Source: Orbicella franksi (lineage: Eukaryota). From it: 64,000 nt of DNA. The DNA lies in assembly GCA_964199315.1 (NCBI GenBank), contig OZ116703.1:3596001-3660000 (forward strand), in the 5' to 3' direction. This document shows, piece after piece, positions 38,136-49,978 of this stretch (positions are counted from its first letter, which is position 1; each line of letters begins with the position of its first letter). The notes below the pieces were generated by a model, which was not told the origin of the DNA, made no database searches, and saw only the letters and a program-made list of their open reading frames with translations. Position numbers and translations under genes: made by a program.

Positions 38136-41100
38136 CAGAGTTCAAATCTTCTGAATTCAAATCTTCTGAGATATAGATAATGCGAAAGGGTAAGTCTATA
38201 TAACGTCACGAAAAACAAATTGATTAATCCGGCGTCAAATGTTTTGCGTATTAAGTTTATTGCTGCCCAGATTTATAACACTGAGTGATTTTTGTTGTTG
38301 TTTGTTCAATACTACTAGCAGACGTAAGCAGTAAAAAGTCCTTGTTATTCGCTATTGCTTGTGTTACGGATAGAATGTAAAAAACACACTTATTCAAACT
38401 TTTCTTAACGTCAGCTTAACGCTATTACTTATAAGTCTTTCAAAGGCGTATGAAACGAATCAGGCAACAATTTATTTACTTGGATAATTTAAGTGACTCG
38501 TTCGAATAAATCAGATACTAATATTGACACTTAATTCTAAGTTCCGCTTCTAGTCATTTGTCAAACTTAATAAAAGCAAAATAAACTTGGTGCAAACAAT
38601 TTCAAAAGGCTGCCCGAGGCACAATGATTCGTAAACATCCGAAAGAAAATTTAATTTTTAAGCCTGTGGCTAAACTTTGCGTTTTTGGATTTAATTTTTA
38701 AGGTGTAGGTCGACTGTCTATGGATAGATGACAATCAGATACGTGAGAGGGTTTACGCGAATCCTGTGATAAAACTCTTGAAAACCACGTACCACGGATT
38801 ACGTAGTTTTTGAACTGTTTTATTTTCAATATTGTATAACTGATCCTCGAACCCTTGTGTGATGAGAAAACCACAACGCCTCCCACCAAACACGAGCTTT
38901 GTTCGCCGAGATGTTTTGATCATTGTCTGGGTAAAAAATACTTCCCAGGAATACGCGCCCATTCATTGGCTGCATGTTCGTGAAAAGCTTTTATGCGACT
39001 CGGCGAAACAAAGCAGGTATTTAATTTGTATTGTTTTCGACGCAAAAGACAATATTATAATCTCTATAAGGCTCTCATTTGCTATTTATGGCTGAAGCGT
39101 TCTTTTCCAATTAATGCAAAAAGTGAACTGAAAGAGTTGACAACGGTTTGTGTCGCAACACGCTCGTTGAAGTCAAGAGCTGCATCGCAAACTGAAACAC
39201 GTCGTGAATGAAACTTTGCAGGAATATGGTCAGTGTTTGAGATCTTTTAACATTTAGGTAGGTCTGTGCTTTGAGTTTTTTTCTTTTTATGATCTAAGGG
39301 GAAAAAGGAAATTAGGAGAATAAGCCGCGGGTAAGTCAATTTTCGTCGCGCGAAATGTCCAGCTTTATTACAACGAAGGAAAATTGTGTTCATCGAATAA
39401 TTTTTAGCTTTTTTTAACGTATAGTCAGGTTTGCCAGTATATTTAGGACAAAGTGTTTGTGATTTCCTTTCTCAATGTGTTGATGTGGTTACAAAATCTT
39501 ATATTTTGTCAGGAAACTTTTCAATTAGATAACAATTTTGAGAGAATCGGTTTCGAAAACGAACGAGTGCGGTTGAGACATTATTTTGTCAGAGTGTTTC
39601 TTTCTTCAGGAATTAAACTTATCTACGCTTTCATTGATTCCAGTCGCAGTATATCGTAGATTTTAAATAAATCTTTATTACCGATCTAAAGCGCTAGCGA
39701 CAGCTTGCAATTTTTGTTATTTATTTTTCAAGTCTATACTAATAATCCTTTCAGATCGCAGTGTGAGTTTCTGTTGTGCACGTGCTGTGAGTCGACAGCT
39801 GTGATGCTTTGAAAATTTGAATATTTCCTTGTTCTTCCAGGTTGAAAACTAAAGCAACAATGTTTGCCCTGCGTAACATCCAATCCTTTCCAACACACCA
39901 CAACTTCAAATTGATTTCTTTCCTAAGATCTTTTTAAGAATCTCTCTTTTTACAGAACGCATTTTTCGAATAATGTGTGTTTTTAAAGATTACTCAGCAT
40001 TTCTGACCTTCCGAGAGTCGTAGAAAAGTCCTTCGCTCACTTCAAGCGATACACATCACTGCCCTGGCTTTGAATATCGGTGTTGAAGCTAAAACGGACG
40101 GTGAAGAGCTCCGGCGTTGAATCGAACTTAAGGCTTGAGCTGGATTCAATCCTACTTGTACGGTGGTCCAGTTTACCACGTAACAAACGGAACTTTTCCA
40201 AAACAAAGAAATTCACTCGTCCAAAATTTATATGCTGTTTTATTTTCAATCGAGGCTCTGCAAGCTTCTGCAGGTTCATGTTTTGAATTTGAAACATGTT
40301 AATTTTTCATAGTAAATGGTTTCTCGGTTACAACGCCTAAGATAAGCGATAAGTAATTTAGCCCAGGGGAATTGTTTTTAAACAATGCCAGTTTTTCCTG
40401 ATAAGACTTCGCCGGGAATGAACTATAAAATGAAAGGTATTGAGATATCAAATATATCGTACACAAGAGAAAACAAATACTCCGGTATTCTATTTCAATA
40501 AAACTCAATAATTAGTTGACTACTGTAACTCGTTTTAAAGTTACCATTTATTGTTGACAATAGCACCGTGCATTTGCAATGTGTCTGAGTTTCAATAAGA
40601 AAATATGAAGGGACCAAATTCAGTAAACTGTTGATGTTGCATAGACAAAAAGCGGACCAAAATTTAAATTGAAAACAATTTGTTTTGATAATTGCGTTAT
40701 AACCATCATTTCAATCAATAGGCATTTTACGTAAGAGTTGAATTTGCATTCTTAATAAATGTTTTAAGGTACAAGGTGATCGTTTCTCGCTAACAAACTA
40801 TGGCTCGGACTTTGTGCCACACAAAAAAAACAAACTAAAAGGTTGATGAATTTGGTGTAGCATAGTTTATGCGCTATTGCATTCAGACTAAGACAACTTC
40901 CAGTGTGTAGCTTTCCACACGGAAGGCTGTTTTGGTTCTGTATATTCAATTTAACCCGTAGTCAACTTGCATGTACATCAGCATTACTTGAAAGATTATA
41001 CTCTTGACTGTTATTAAATTCTATCTCAGAATTCTTGGTACGAAAAACGCGCTAAAGTGAAGCAAAATTCAAAAGTGAAAAATGTGATAGCTGACGTAAA

Positions 41101-41410
41101 CAAAAGACTGATCTCATCGCTATAGAATTCAAAGTGAAACGCAAATAATCCAATAATTATACGTGTGAATTAAGAAGAATGTAATTAGCATTTCCTGTGC
41201 ATTCTATGGCATGTAAAGATAATAAGATACATTAAGCCAAGAAATTGAAAACATGCCTTTTACTCTAGATTGTTCTGAAGTTTGCCCGGTTAACTCGATG
41301 ATGTCATTTGCTCAGTTCAAATTCGCCCTTGATGCGATGATACTAGCTAAGAAGACGGCGCTGTTCTTTTGTCCAGGGTCGCTGATTACCAGCTCGAAGG
41401 TCCTTTGTTA

Positions 41411-41784
41411 GGCCCCGTTCACACAACGCTGGAGGAAATTGAAAACGGCGTTTTCGCTCTGAAAACGCATCAAATTTTCTCCATCCACACTACGCCAGAG
41501 AAATTTGAAATGCAACAGTCACCGGTCATTTTGGATTTGAGTTTGAGGAAAACTTGCGCAGCGAAATCACGTGATCATCGTGATGTCATGGTTTTCGAAA
41601 AGCTCCGTTTTCAAAACGTTTTTCCGTCCACACGAAAACCAAAAGCCGGCGTTTTCAAATTCCTCCGGTTTGAAGAGCGTTTTCGGAAAGCTCTGTTTTC
41701 GTGACGGATTAGTGTGGACGGTAGGTGTAACCGTAGAAATAAAGCTGCGTTTTCAAATTTCTCAGACATAGCGTGGACGCTACC
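41411..41784. mobile_element. PIF/Harbinger-like MITE, about 374 bp
   Basis: TIR ggccccgttcacac...gcgtggacgctacc with 3-bp flanks TTA/TCA. Collinear over its length with 59381-59756. Confidence 0.8.
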
Positions 41785-42325
41785 TCACTGTTTTGTTCCG
41801 GGCAAAGATCTAACCCTAGATGAATCACGGACCACTAAATTAAAAAAAGGCCTTTTGCTTTTCTTGAATTAGGAATTGAAGATCGTGGTTGGATTTGAAA
41901 AGTTTCATTTTTGAGAGAAAATGATCCTATCCAGCCTCTTTATCAATCTTGTTCGAAATTTACGCTTTAATTTCCTCGAAAATCATAACAGTAGTTAGTG
42001 TCGACTTTGGCCCTGTTCAAACCTACGCTGTCTTTGTCCATTTGTTTTCGTTGCCGCGTCAATATCATAACTGAAACAAAAAGTTTTTCTTGAAAACACA
42101 TGCATTTGAAAACTCTCTCCAGAGTGCATGGAAATATCTTAAAACGAAGCCCAACCGTGTCAGTGTGAACGGCGAAAACACATGGAAAAGTTATTAGTGT
42201 GAACAAGGCCTTAGATTTTTCGCCTACACGCTTAACCAACACACAAGAAAATGCTAATATGCCTGAACTGTTCTGGTTAATTTTCAGATCATACGAGTGA
42301 ATACCGCTTAAACGTGACGTTTATA

Positions 42326-43303
42326 ATGGAGGACTGTGTTTTTAACGACGAAGGATTTGATGAAAGTGTCACCGAGGAAGCAAATTGTTTCGTCGCACCC
42401 GACCCTTACGATTGCACCTTGCAGATAAAGGTCCGATGGGGTGAGGCGAACTCCGTTGAAAAGCTCTATTCACCTTTCCTCGAAGGAATGGATCCTACTT
42501 TTCAATTTATTTCTATCAACGAAAGTGGCGATGTGGATTCCACTCTGGATGAATCATGCATTGACGAAGATGATGAATCTCCGATTCTGCAATGTCAAGC
42601 AATACACGTTGTGCTTTTCCTTCACGAAAAATTTGGCCGTTTATCCGCCATAGATGTTCAAAGAAATTTCCATTTTCCTCCGTGGAAATTTCACCATCGG
42701 GTGGAATTGCCGTTGGATACCAAGCCCCGGGTAACTGCCAGTCAGGACTTCTACGAGACATTTCCTGGGCTTCCTTTGTGGTCCATATGCCCGGTTCATT
42801 ACGGCAACGAACATTTGCGTTTTCATATTTTTACGAGAAACTTTCTTCAGATGAGGACATTTTACGAGATTTTAACAGGGAAGAAGGCAATCAGTGGCTC
42901 TCCTGGGTTTTGCTTCTTTACTTTATATTCTCAAAGTGGATTTGACGTTCAACTTTCACTGAAACACTTACCGCAAATTTGCCCCAAACCTTCGAAATCT
43001 GCGAGGTTAAAGTTGAAAATCAAGGACATTAGCACGATAATACCTCATTTGAAAGAACCCCCGGTTCAAACGGAGGGTACACTGTGGGTCGCCAGTGACC
43101 CTGATGGTAATGAACTCTTGATCGAGGAGACCGCACCCAGCCAAGGAAGGCGTAAGACAGGAAGACTACTGTCCAATAGTAGTCTGGAGACTTCTGACTA
43201 CGAGACTGCGTCCATCGACACCGAAAGTTTGGCGGGAAGTATGAACTACTCACCGCAAGGAACTCTCAGTTCGAGCTTTTCAAAACGTTTAACGTTGTTA
43301 TGA
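42326..43303 (+). CDS. FAM124: FAM124-family protein (about 325 aa), single coding exon
   Basis: Recognised motifs VVLFLHE, PPWKFHH, SQDFY..FPGLPLWSICPVHYGNEHLRF, FYEIL, FCFFTLYS...DVQLSLKHLP and W...DPDGNELL match recalled FAM124A/B sequence. The first ATG is at 42326, with an acceptor ttaattttcAG at 42286-42287 upstream. Confidence 0.9.
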   Translation: MEDCVFNDEGFDESVTEEANCFVAPDPYDCTLQIKVRWGEANSVEKLYSPFLEGMDPTFQFISINESGDVDSTLDESCIDEDDESPILQCQAIHVVLFLHEKFGRLSAIDVQRNFHFPPWKFHHRVELPLDTKPRVTASQDFYETFPGLPLWSICPVHYGNEHLRFHIFTRNFLQMRTFYEILTGKKAISGSPGFCFFTLYSQSGFDVQLSLKHLPQICPKPSKSARLKLKIKDISTIIPHLKEPPVQTEGTLWVASDPDGNELLIEETAPSQGRRKTGRLLSNSSLETSDYETASIDTESLAGSMNYSPQGTLSSSFSKRLTLL

Positions 43304-44031
43304 ATTAAAGAAGATCTAATGATTAATGATGAGTCTACGAAGCTCGGAAGGTTCCCAGACCCGAGTTACAAAGTTAATCATAATTAACAGATACCAAGTT
43401 CAGTGGCGGATCTAGATATGCCTCCTAACTCTCTCCCTTTCCAAAGCGAGAAAGCTCACTGTCTCCTCTTTTCTCCCCTATGTTTGTCTCAGCTTACGCT
43501 TTGTGTAGTTTGAAATTATTCAGACTTAAAACTGAGGGACGAACAATGTAAATAGAGAACCTCACCGAAAAGTTGCAAAATTGAAATCAAAATTTTCGCT
43601 TACACTGGGTTAGATTAACCGGACTTTGAACAACTCGGCTCAGCTTTACATAAAAGAAAACAGAGAAAATAATGAGATCTTTTTTTGCTCTGGGAGTACA
43701 ATTTCTTGGTTGTGACGAAATATGAGTCTCAGAGAGATTACAGAGAACTTTTTCTTATATGTAGTAGAACCAATAATTTAAGATATTAAATATACTCGAC
43801 GCGTTTACAGTTGAACAAGGAAAAATATTTCGGTACATAGTGTGTGGAAACACCTAGATATGATTTGAGTATAATATTTCTATTCATTTTGATTTTAATA
43901 CGTTATTTATTACATCGATTACTGATATATGTAAATTAGAGTATTTTATTAAAGAAAAGAACATTTTATTCCTATAAATGTGAATCTTTGAGAACGGTAG
44001 TTCAAGCCGAGATTCTGATAGAAGCAGGTGG

Positions 44032-44170
44032 AATGGCCAATTCCCCCCATGAGGTGTGCCTGCAGGGAATCATGGTAGTTTCATTCAGCAAAAGAAATAT
44101 CCAGTCTAAGGTGATGAATACAAATACCATGATTCCTTGCAGGCACATCTCATAGAGGTAATTGCCCATT
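44032..44170. repeat. Imperfect inverted repeat with 56-bp arms and a roughly 27-nt loop
   Basis: The left arm aatggccaattccccccatgaggtgtgcctgcagggaatcatggtagtttcattca pairs with the reverse complement of tgaatacaaataccatgattccttgcaggcacatctcatagaggtaattgcccatt. Confidence 0.85.
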
Positions 44171-45204
44171 GATGTCCCATCAATGGGTCATTGATGGGAC
44201 ATCACCCCCTATCATGGGGGGTGGTGGGGGGTGGTTGGGAAGGAAATAGTGAAAACGTAATGAATGGACGCAAACAAGGTAGTGATGAAGGGCCGATCTG
44301 AAAGTTCTGCAGAGCGGCCTAACATGCGATCGTCGGAAATCACTTTGTGTTTTTGTTGTAATGTAAACCATGTTGAACTAACGTCATAATCTTACCATCC
44401 TCGTGTTGTTACCTTTGCTTGTCTTATGTCATTGATAAATGGGCTTGAAAAAATTCCTTTTTCAAAACAACACTTTATTATTGGCTCTTTGTTACCATAC
44501 TCGCCGGACAGAAAAGCAGTGCTCCCGACTTAGTCGAGGGAAGTTGTTTAACATGATGCATACCTTATTAGTAATGATTACCTTGCAGCGTATTACATAC
44601 GTTTTTTGGTTTTGGTGCTCGATGGTCTTCCAATCCTCGTCCAAATGTCATGCAAGTATGCATGCTTTAGCTTTGAACGTGCATTTTGCAAAGAATTATA
44701 TCGACCTGCCAATACATACCTTCTATAGCTTCTCCGATTACACACCATAATGTACCTGTCCAGAGATTAATTGGACACAAATATGTCTGCATTTATGAAA
44801 ACGGCGTAAACGGTGTGGAATCGCGCTCTGAAACTACTCCTCCAGTAGTTTTCCAGAGTTCAGTTCGGATGAAACACTTTGTTGGTCGCTAGAATAGGTC
44901 ACTTCCGACATGTTAATATTCAGCTTGATAGTGAGGCCACACACACAAAAAAGAAATTAATAAATATGTCATTCAATTTCTTTTGTTTTTGTCCTCTAAG
45001 CCTAAATGCCAAACTGAATTTCAATATGTCGAAAATAGTCTGTTAAAAGGAGTTGCGTTCTCGCGTTTTGGCTGGTTCATTGGCCCCAGAATATTACAAA
45101 CGGTTTTAATGAAAACTTCACCCAAGCATATTCCATATCTTCTCGACTGTAGAAGATGTAAAAATTCTTTTCTCCACTCTCTTATCTTCCGTATTTTGAG
45201 TCTC

Positions 45205-45600
45205 ACTTGCATTCTTACTAATCCTCTTCATCCCGGCTGGGACATAAGGTCACAATCATACCCTACCGCTGACCCCTGACCAGTGTTTTGGCTTGTGCTT
45301 TGCCCCTTGAGAGACCCATCTCTTTCAGTTCCTTCATCTCCGTCCTCCGCCAATGGTCCTTGGCCTACCTCTCTCTCTCCTCCCAGTTGAAGTCCATCAG
45401 TCAAGGAAGCTTTCGCTATCCTATCATTGGGCATCTTCAGTACATGGCCAAACCTTCGTGACCAGCGATTAATTTTGAATTTTGCTCTTGTCTTATCGCT
45501 TATAGTGATTTTTAGACCTTTAGATGTTGTAAAATGAAAGTATGGCTCACTTGGAAGAAAGTAACGCTTTTTTATTAACACCGTTTTCATAAATCCAGCT
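45205..45600 (-). mobile_element. RTE-clade non-LTR retrotransposon 3' fragment, degenerate
   Basis: Minus-strand translation ...RWSRRFGHVLKMPNDRIAKASLT... matches the RTE ORF C-terminal motif W.GHV.RM...R..K.AL.W.P.G.R..GRP and is frameshifted afterwards. Confidence 0.7.
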
Positions 45601-46547
45601 ATAAGTAGACTAGTCATATATGCACTGAAACTTGACGTATTGGGAAGATGGTTGACGCGTATTAATTACAAATAATAACCGATAGCTTCAGTTTCATTTT
45701 CAAATCCAGCTTCATCCAATGAGTTGAGCCCGAAAATTGCTGCTGTATTGTCTAAATTACCAAGGAAAGACCTCATCAACATGCAAATCAAGTTTATTAT
45801 CGCCTTAAAACAAAGCCTTTTTGAATGATCTTTCAATTTTTAAGAATAACAATTATCTAAGGATGGTAACATCGACGGTGAAATAAAAACCCTTAAACAA
45901 ACTTTATTTAGATTAAGTAAGGATTAAAGATAATTCTCAGTAATAAGTTTACATTATTTGGCTTGGTCCTGGGTAGAGATGAAACTGTTCTATACATGAG
46001 AAGTTTTAAATATTGCTTGGAATATCCATATTGTCATCCTGTCTCCGTAAAGTCTATTGCTCGTCTTTAATTATTAATAATGGCAACCGAAAGTATATTC
46101 TCTTTAATGCACTCACTCACTGATTGGTTCTGATTACATCAATTTCCTCGTCATAAAGACCATGGATCAAGTTTCTTGGCAAATGTCCACGAGTTTATGA
46201 ATATACTGTTCAATAATCATTATTATTTTTCGCCATCTCGGTTTTTTTCAATTGAAAAAGCGTTTTGAGCACAGTACGTTTATCAAGAGTAGCATCCCAT
46301 GGATAATTTGTGAATTAGTGAATTATTCAAGCCTTGAAGTTTTTTAATTGTTTGAAAACTTTGCATCCACCTGCCGTTATTTTCGCGTTCCCTTGTCAAC
46401 GTCGCTCTCTAACGAGAAAAGTTACTGTAAACATGCCAGCGAGGTTCGTATCTTCTTCGCAAATCTAATTTCGAGTCAAGTCATGAACAGTAGTCCCGAA
46501 AGGAAGAAAAAACTGTAAGCGGAACAAATAACCAGTGAAAAATATAA

Positions 46548-47222
46548 ATGGAGGTTATTTCACTTGATATGGAAAGAGATTCGGATGACATGCCAAGAAC
46601 TCGTTCTTTCTACAGACCGACCAAGGATGACTTCAACAGGATACTTGATCGATTGAAATCACAAGAAGACGAAAGAACGCTGGAAGTTTCTCCAACTACT
46701 TTAGACGATGGCAATGAAACAAAACAGGAGAAAGAGGAAAGGCTTAGACAAGAAGCCTTGCAAAGGGATCAATACATCTTATCTATGCGACCAAACCGAC
46801 ATGTTGTTTTTGCAGCAAAATTCGCCAAAATAAAAAACCGGGGTCTGACCAAGCGCTTTGAGAGACAGGTGCATATTTGGAACCAAGAAATGGAACGAAA
46901 TTTTCGATTTGTGGGTGCCAACGAGAGAGCATTAGAGAAAGAACAGCGACAACGGAGAGCTAGAAGAGAAAAGTATATCATTCCTCGCTTGCACGCAAAG
47001 GAAAAAAACGAAAAACACGGAGGTCATGTAAAGAGGCACAGTGTAAAACTGCCTAAACTTGAAAAGTACAAAGAAATAGAACACCGAGGAAACCGTGCGA
47101 GCGACGTAGGACAAAAGTTTTTGAAGTATAATGGACGAGCAAAACCTGAAGAAATCGGACTTAGCAATACTTCCGTTAGACTTCCTCCTATTAAGAAAAA
47201 GCAAACTAGCGATATTGACTGA
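46548..47222 (+). CDS. Uncharacterised basic, charged, helical protein (224 aa). An alternative spliced model, 46483-46514 + 46616-47222, gives 212 aa
   Basis: 675-bp ORF in AT-rich DNA with E/K/R-rich coiled-coil-like runs and C-terminal KLPKL/RLPPI motifs. No family recognised. Confidence 0.7.
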   Translation: MEVISLDMERDSDDMPRTRSFYRPTKDDFNRILDRLKSQEDERTLEVSPTTLDDGNETKQEKEERLRQEALQRDQYILSMRPNRHVVFAAKFAKIKNRGLTKRFERQVHIWNQEMERNFRFVGANERALEKEQRQRRARREKYIIPRLHAKEKNEKHGGHVKRHSVKLPKLEKYKEIEHRGNRASDVGQKFLKYNGRAKPEEIGLSNTSVRLPPIKKKQTSDID

Positions 47223-48215
47223 CTGTCGACTAAACAGCTGGCGTGTTTCGCGCCGGTACTGTCATGACGTGTTTTTCATTTCCCGCCAAAATATCTGCCG
47301 TTACGTCGCAGTGAGAATAACATGGGAAAGGAAGGCTCTCCTCGCAGGTCCAACATGGCTTCGCAACGTGAATTCTTAGCTAGATTTTCTAGTGCATATT
47401 TATTCCTTTAGTATTGATTACCTGCCGTTTACAGACATCAACAATGCAAATTTAACGACATGATCGTTAAAATTATCATAGCAAATTTGAATACTGCAAC
47501 TGTTTCTGAATTAGTTATTTCTCCTCTCCCTGAGTCGTATTAGACGGACACATCTTCGCTCTATTACAATGGTATCCGTCGCGTACCTTCTCATGTTATT
47601 AGACATTGTGTTAAGCTGTGAGATGTTAGCTACTAACTGTTAGCTGGTGGCTGTTAACTGTTGGCTGCTAGCTGTTAACCCAGTTCGTGAAAAGAATTCA
47701 GTTCTTTCGAGATGTTTGTCTGTAAGAATCATTTTCCTGTGACGAGAGCCGAACGTGGGAGCGACTATACCTCCTCTCCCAACAACTGGATGAATGTCTG
47801 TAGAAATGAGGCTTGGAAGTAAGACATGGAAGTGTGTCAGGGTAGCACTGATAACGATTTAACCGACCCTGCACAATGATAAACTTCGGCAGCTGGAGAA
47901 AGGAAGCTAATCAGAATTCGAAACTGCCAAATCCCGGAACTCTATAGGAAACAATTCTGCACTTTCTGTGTTTAAAAGAGCAACTTCGACGGTTTAGCCG
48001 AATAAATTTTGGAAACGAATATTTCGAAAATTTCTGCTCCTTTCGATTTTTCCCCAGAATTTTCGGAAATTTTGGTCCGATGGAAAGTGTCTTAAGTCTA
48101 AGAAATTGTGCTTTCCGATTTTTTTTTTTTCTTTTCTTTTTTTTTTCGAGAAAGAGAGAGAGACGGCAGACCTAATAAGACAAACAAGGTAAAGCTGAAT
48201 GAAAAGCATGTTCTG

Positions 48216-48444
48216 GGGTCCGTTTCTCGAAGGCTCCGAAAAGTTTTCGCACCCGGAAAGCCATAGCAAAATCTCGAACCTTATGATTACAGGGCTGTTT
48301 TATTCACCTAATTCTCAATATGAAGAGAGGTTTCCTTCATACAAGAAGTTTCAGGCGCATACACTTCTCCGTTTTTAGATACAGATGAACTAAAAATCGC
48401 TTTACGGGCCTGAAAAGTTTCCGGGGTTTTCGAGAAACGGGTCA
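48216..48444. mobile_element. PIF/Harbinger-like MITE
   Basis: TIR gggtccgtttctcgaa / ttcgagaaacgggtca with CTG on both sides (48213-48215 and 48445-48447). Confidence 0.75.
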
Positions 48445-49690
48445 CTGATCCGTTCTATACATAGACCTTCATGGGAACCGAAACAAGCTGAAATCAATGG
48501 TTGAATTAACCCGTAGTAAAAATTATACCATTAGTATTTAACACTCTTGTGACGCAAAACGTAAACAGCACCCTTTGCATATTTAAACCATTTTCCTTTT
48601 TCCAAGCATGCAGATGTAAAAAATCCTCTCTATAGTCTTTCGTATTTTTAACAGAACGTCTTAAATGTTTTGCAAGCGTTTGTGCGGTTAAAAATTGAAA
48701 GTAAAATCGCATAACGTAACTATAAATATGTTTTGTAAAAAGCTGTTTTACGACCCGTAGAATAAAATTGCTGTATTTAAAAGTGTGCCTCTCATTGTTA
48801 TTTGATATCTTAAAACGTTGGTTGCTTGCCTGACTGACGTTATATTTTAAGTGTTCTAGAAGGCGAGCACAAAATACATTTGTTCTTGTGCGCGTTGCTT
48901 GTTATTGTCACTGGTATTATTTAGAAAGTGTTTGTTTTCGTCAGCTTTTGGCAATCATGCACTTTTAAGCTCTAAACACTATCCTTCCTGGATCGTTTCT
49001 ATTTCTATCTTTAATCTTAAAAGCCCTTGAAACCGTGCGATTGCACAGTTTCGAAGGTACCATTTGCCCGTCTGCTATTTTACATGGAAAATCATTCACG
49101 ATTGTCTCTCTGTCGAGCGGATTGAAATGATAGCCAAATCCCCAATGGCTGTTTGCCTCTGGCAACATCTTAACCAAAGATTTTTCTTAACCCAGCTCGC
49201 TCATTTTAACCGAAACAAAGCATGAGTACAAAAGCAGATGGCGGGTTGCTAGTCTTTCGCAAGGCACAATTAAGTAGCTTGTATTGTTTCCTCTTTTTTG
49301 TTCTCCAAGGCACCAGGGAATTAAATACCCGGCCGTATTTCTACTGTTCTCTAACAGGATCGCAACTTGCAAGCATTTTTGAGGACGCGTGTAACACTCA
49401 GAGCAGAGTTGAAAAGTATTTCAACGCTCGGACTATTAAACTTTCTTTTATTGAAGGGGCGTTAATTTTAACCTGACACTTAAGACAAGATGACTGCAGC
49501 AAAGAGTACATTTCAATTTCTCGCTGATTGCCCTCATTCATTTGATTTCTTCGCAGTGTTTCTTAGCACCGTTACCGGTATAAACTTTTCTCAGTCATCT
49601 CCTCCATGGGCGCGTGAGCCCAATATTTGGATTACTAACTGTTTGTCCAACGACCTAACATTTGAAATATGGACTAACTAAGCTCATTGA

Positions 49691-49978
49691 GGGGAGCCGC
49701 GGTGGCCACATGGTCACTAGTGCGCTCGACTCTGGATCGAGAGGTCTGGGTTCGAGGTTCGGCCGGGGACATTGTCTTGTGTTTTTAGGCCAGACACGTT
49801 ACTCTCACAGTGTCTCTCTTCACCCAGGTGAATAAATGGGTACCGGCGAATTTAATGCTGGGGGTAATCCTGCAAAGTACTAGCATCCCGTCTACTGCAA
49901 AGGATAGAAAAACTCCTAATCGCTTCACGCTATAAGCGCCGGCCTGATGGGCCACTTGGCCTGTATGCAGACTTCAGC
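49691..49978 (+). mobile_element. tRNA-derived SINE, near full length
   Basis: Pol III A box TGGCCACATGG (49703-49713) and B box GGTTCGAG (49749-49756), a central ctctcacagtg.ctctct.cacccaggtg.ataaatgggtaccgg core, and a 3' tail shared with 38059-38135. Confidence 0.85.
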
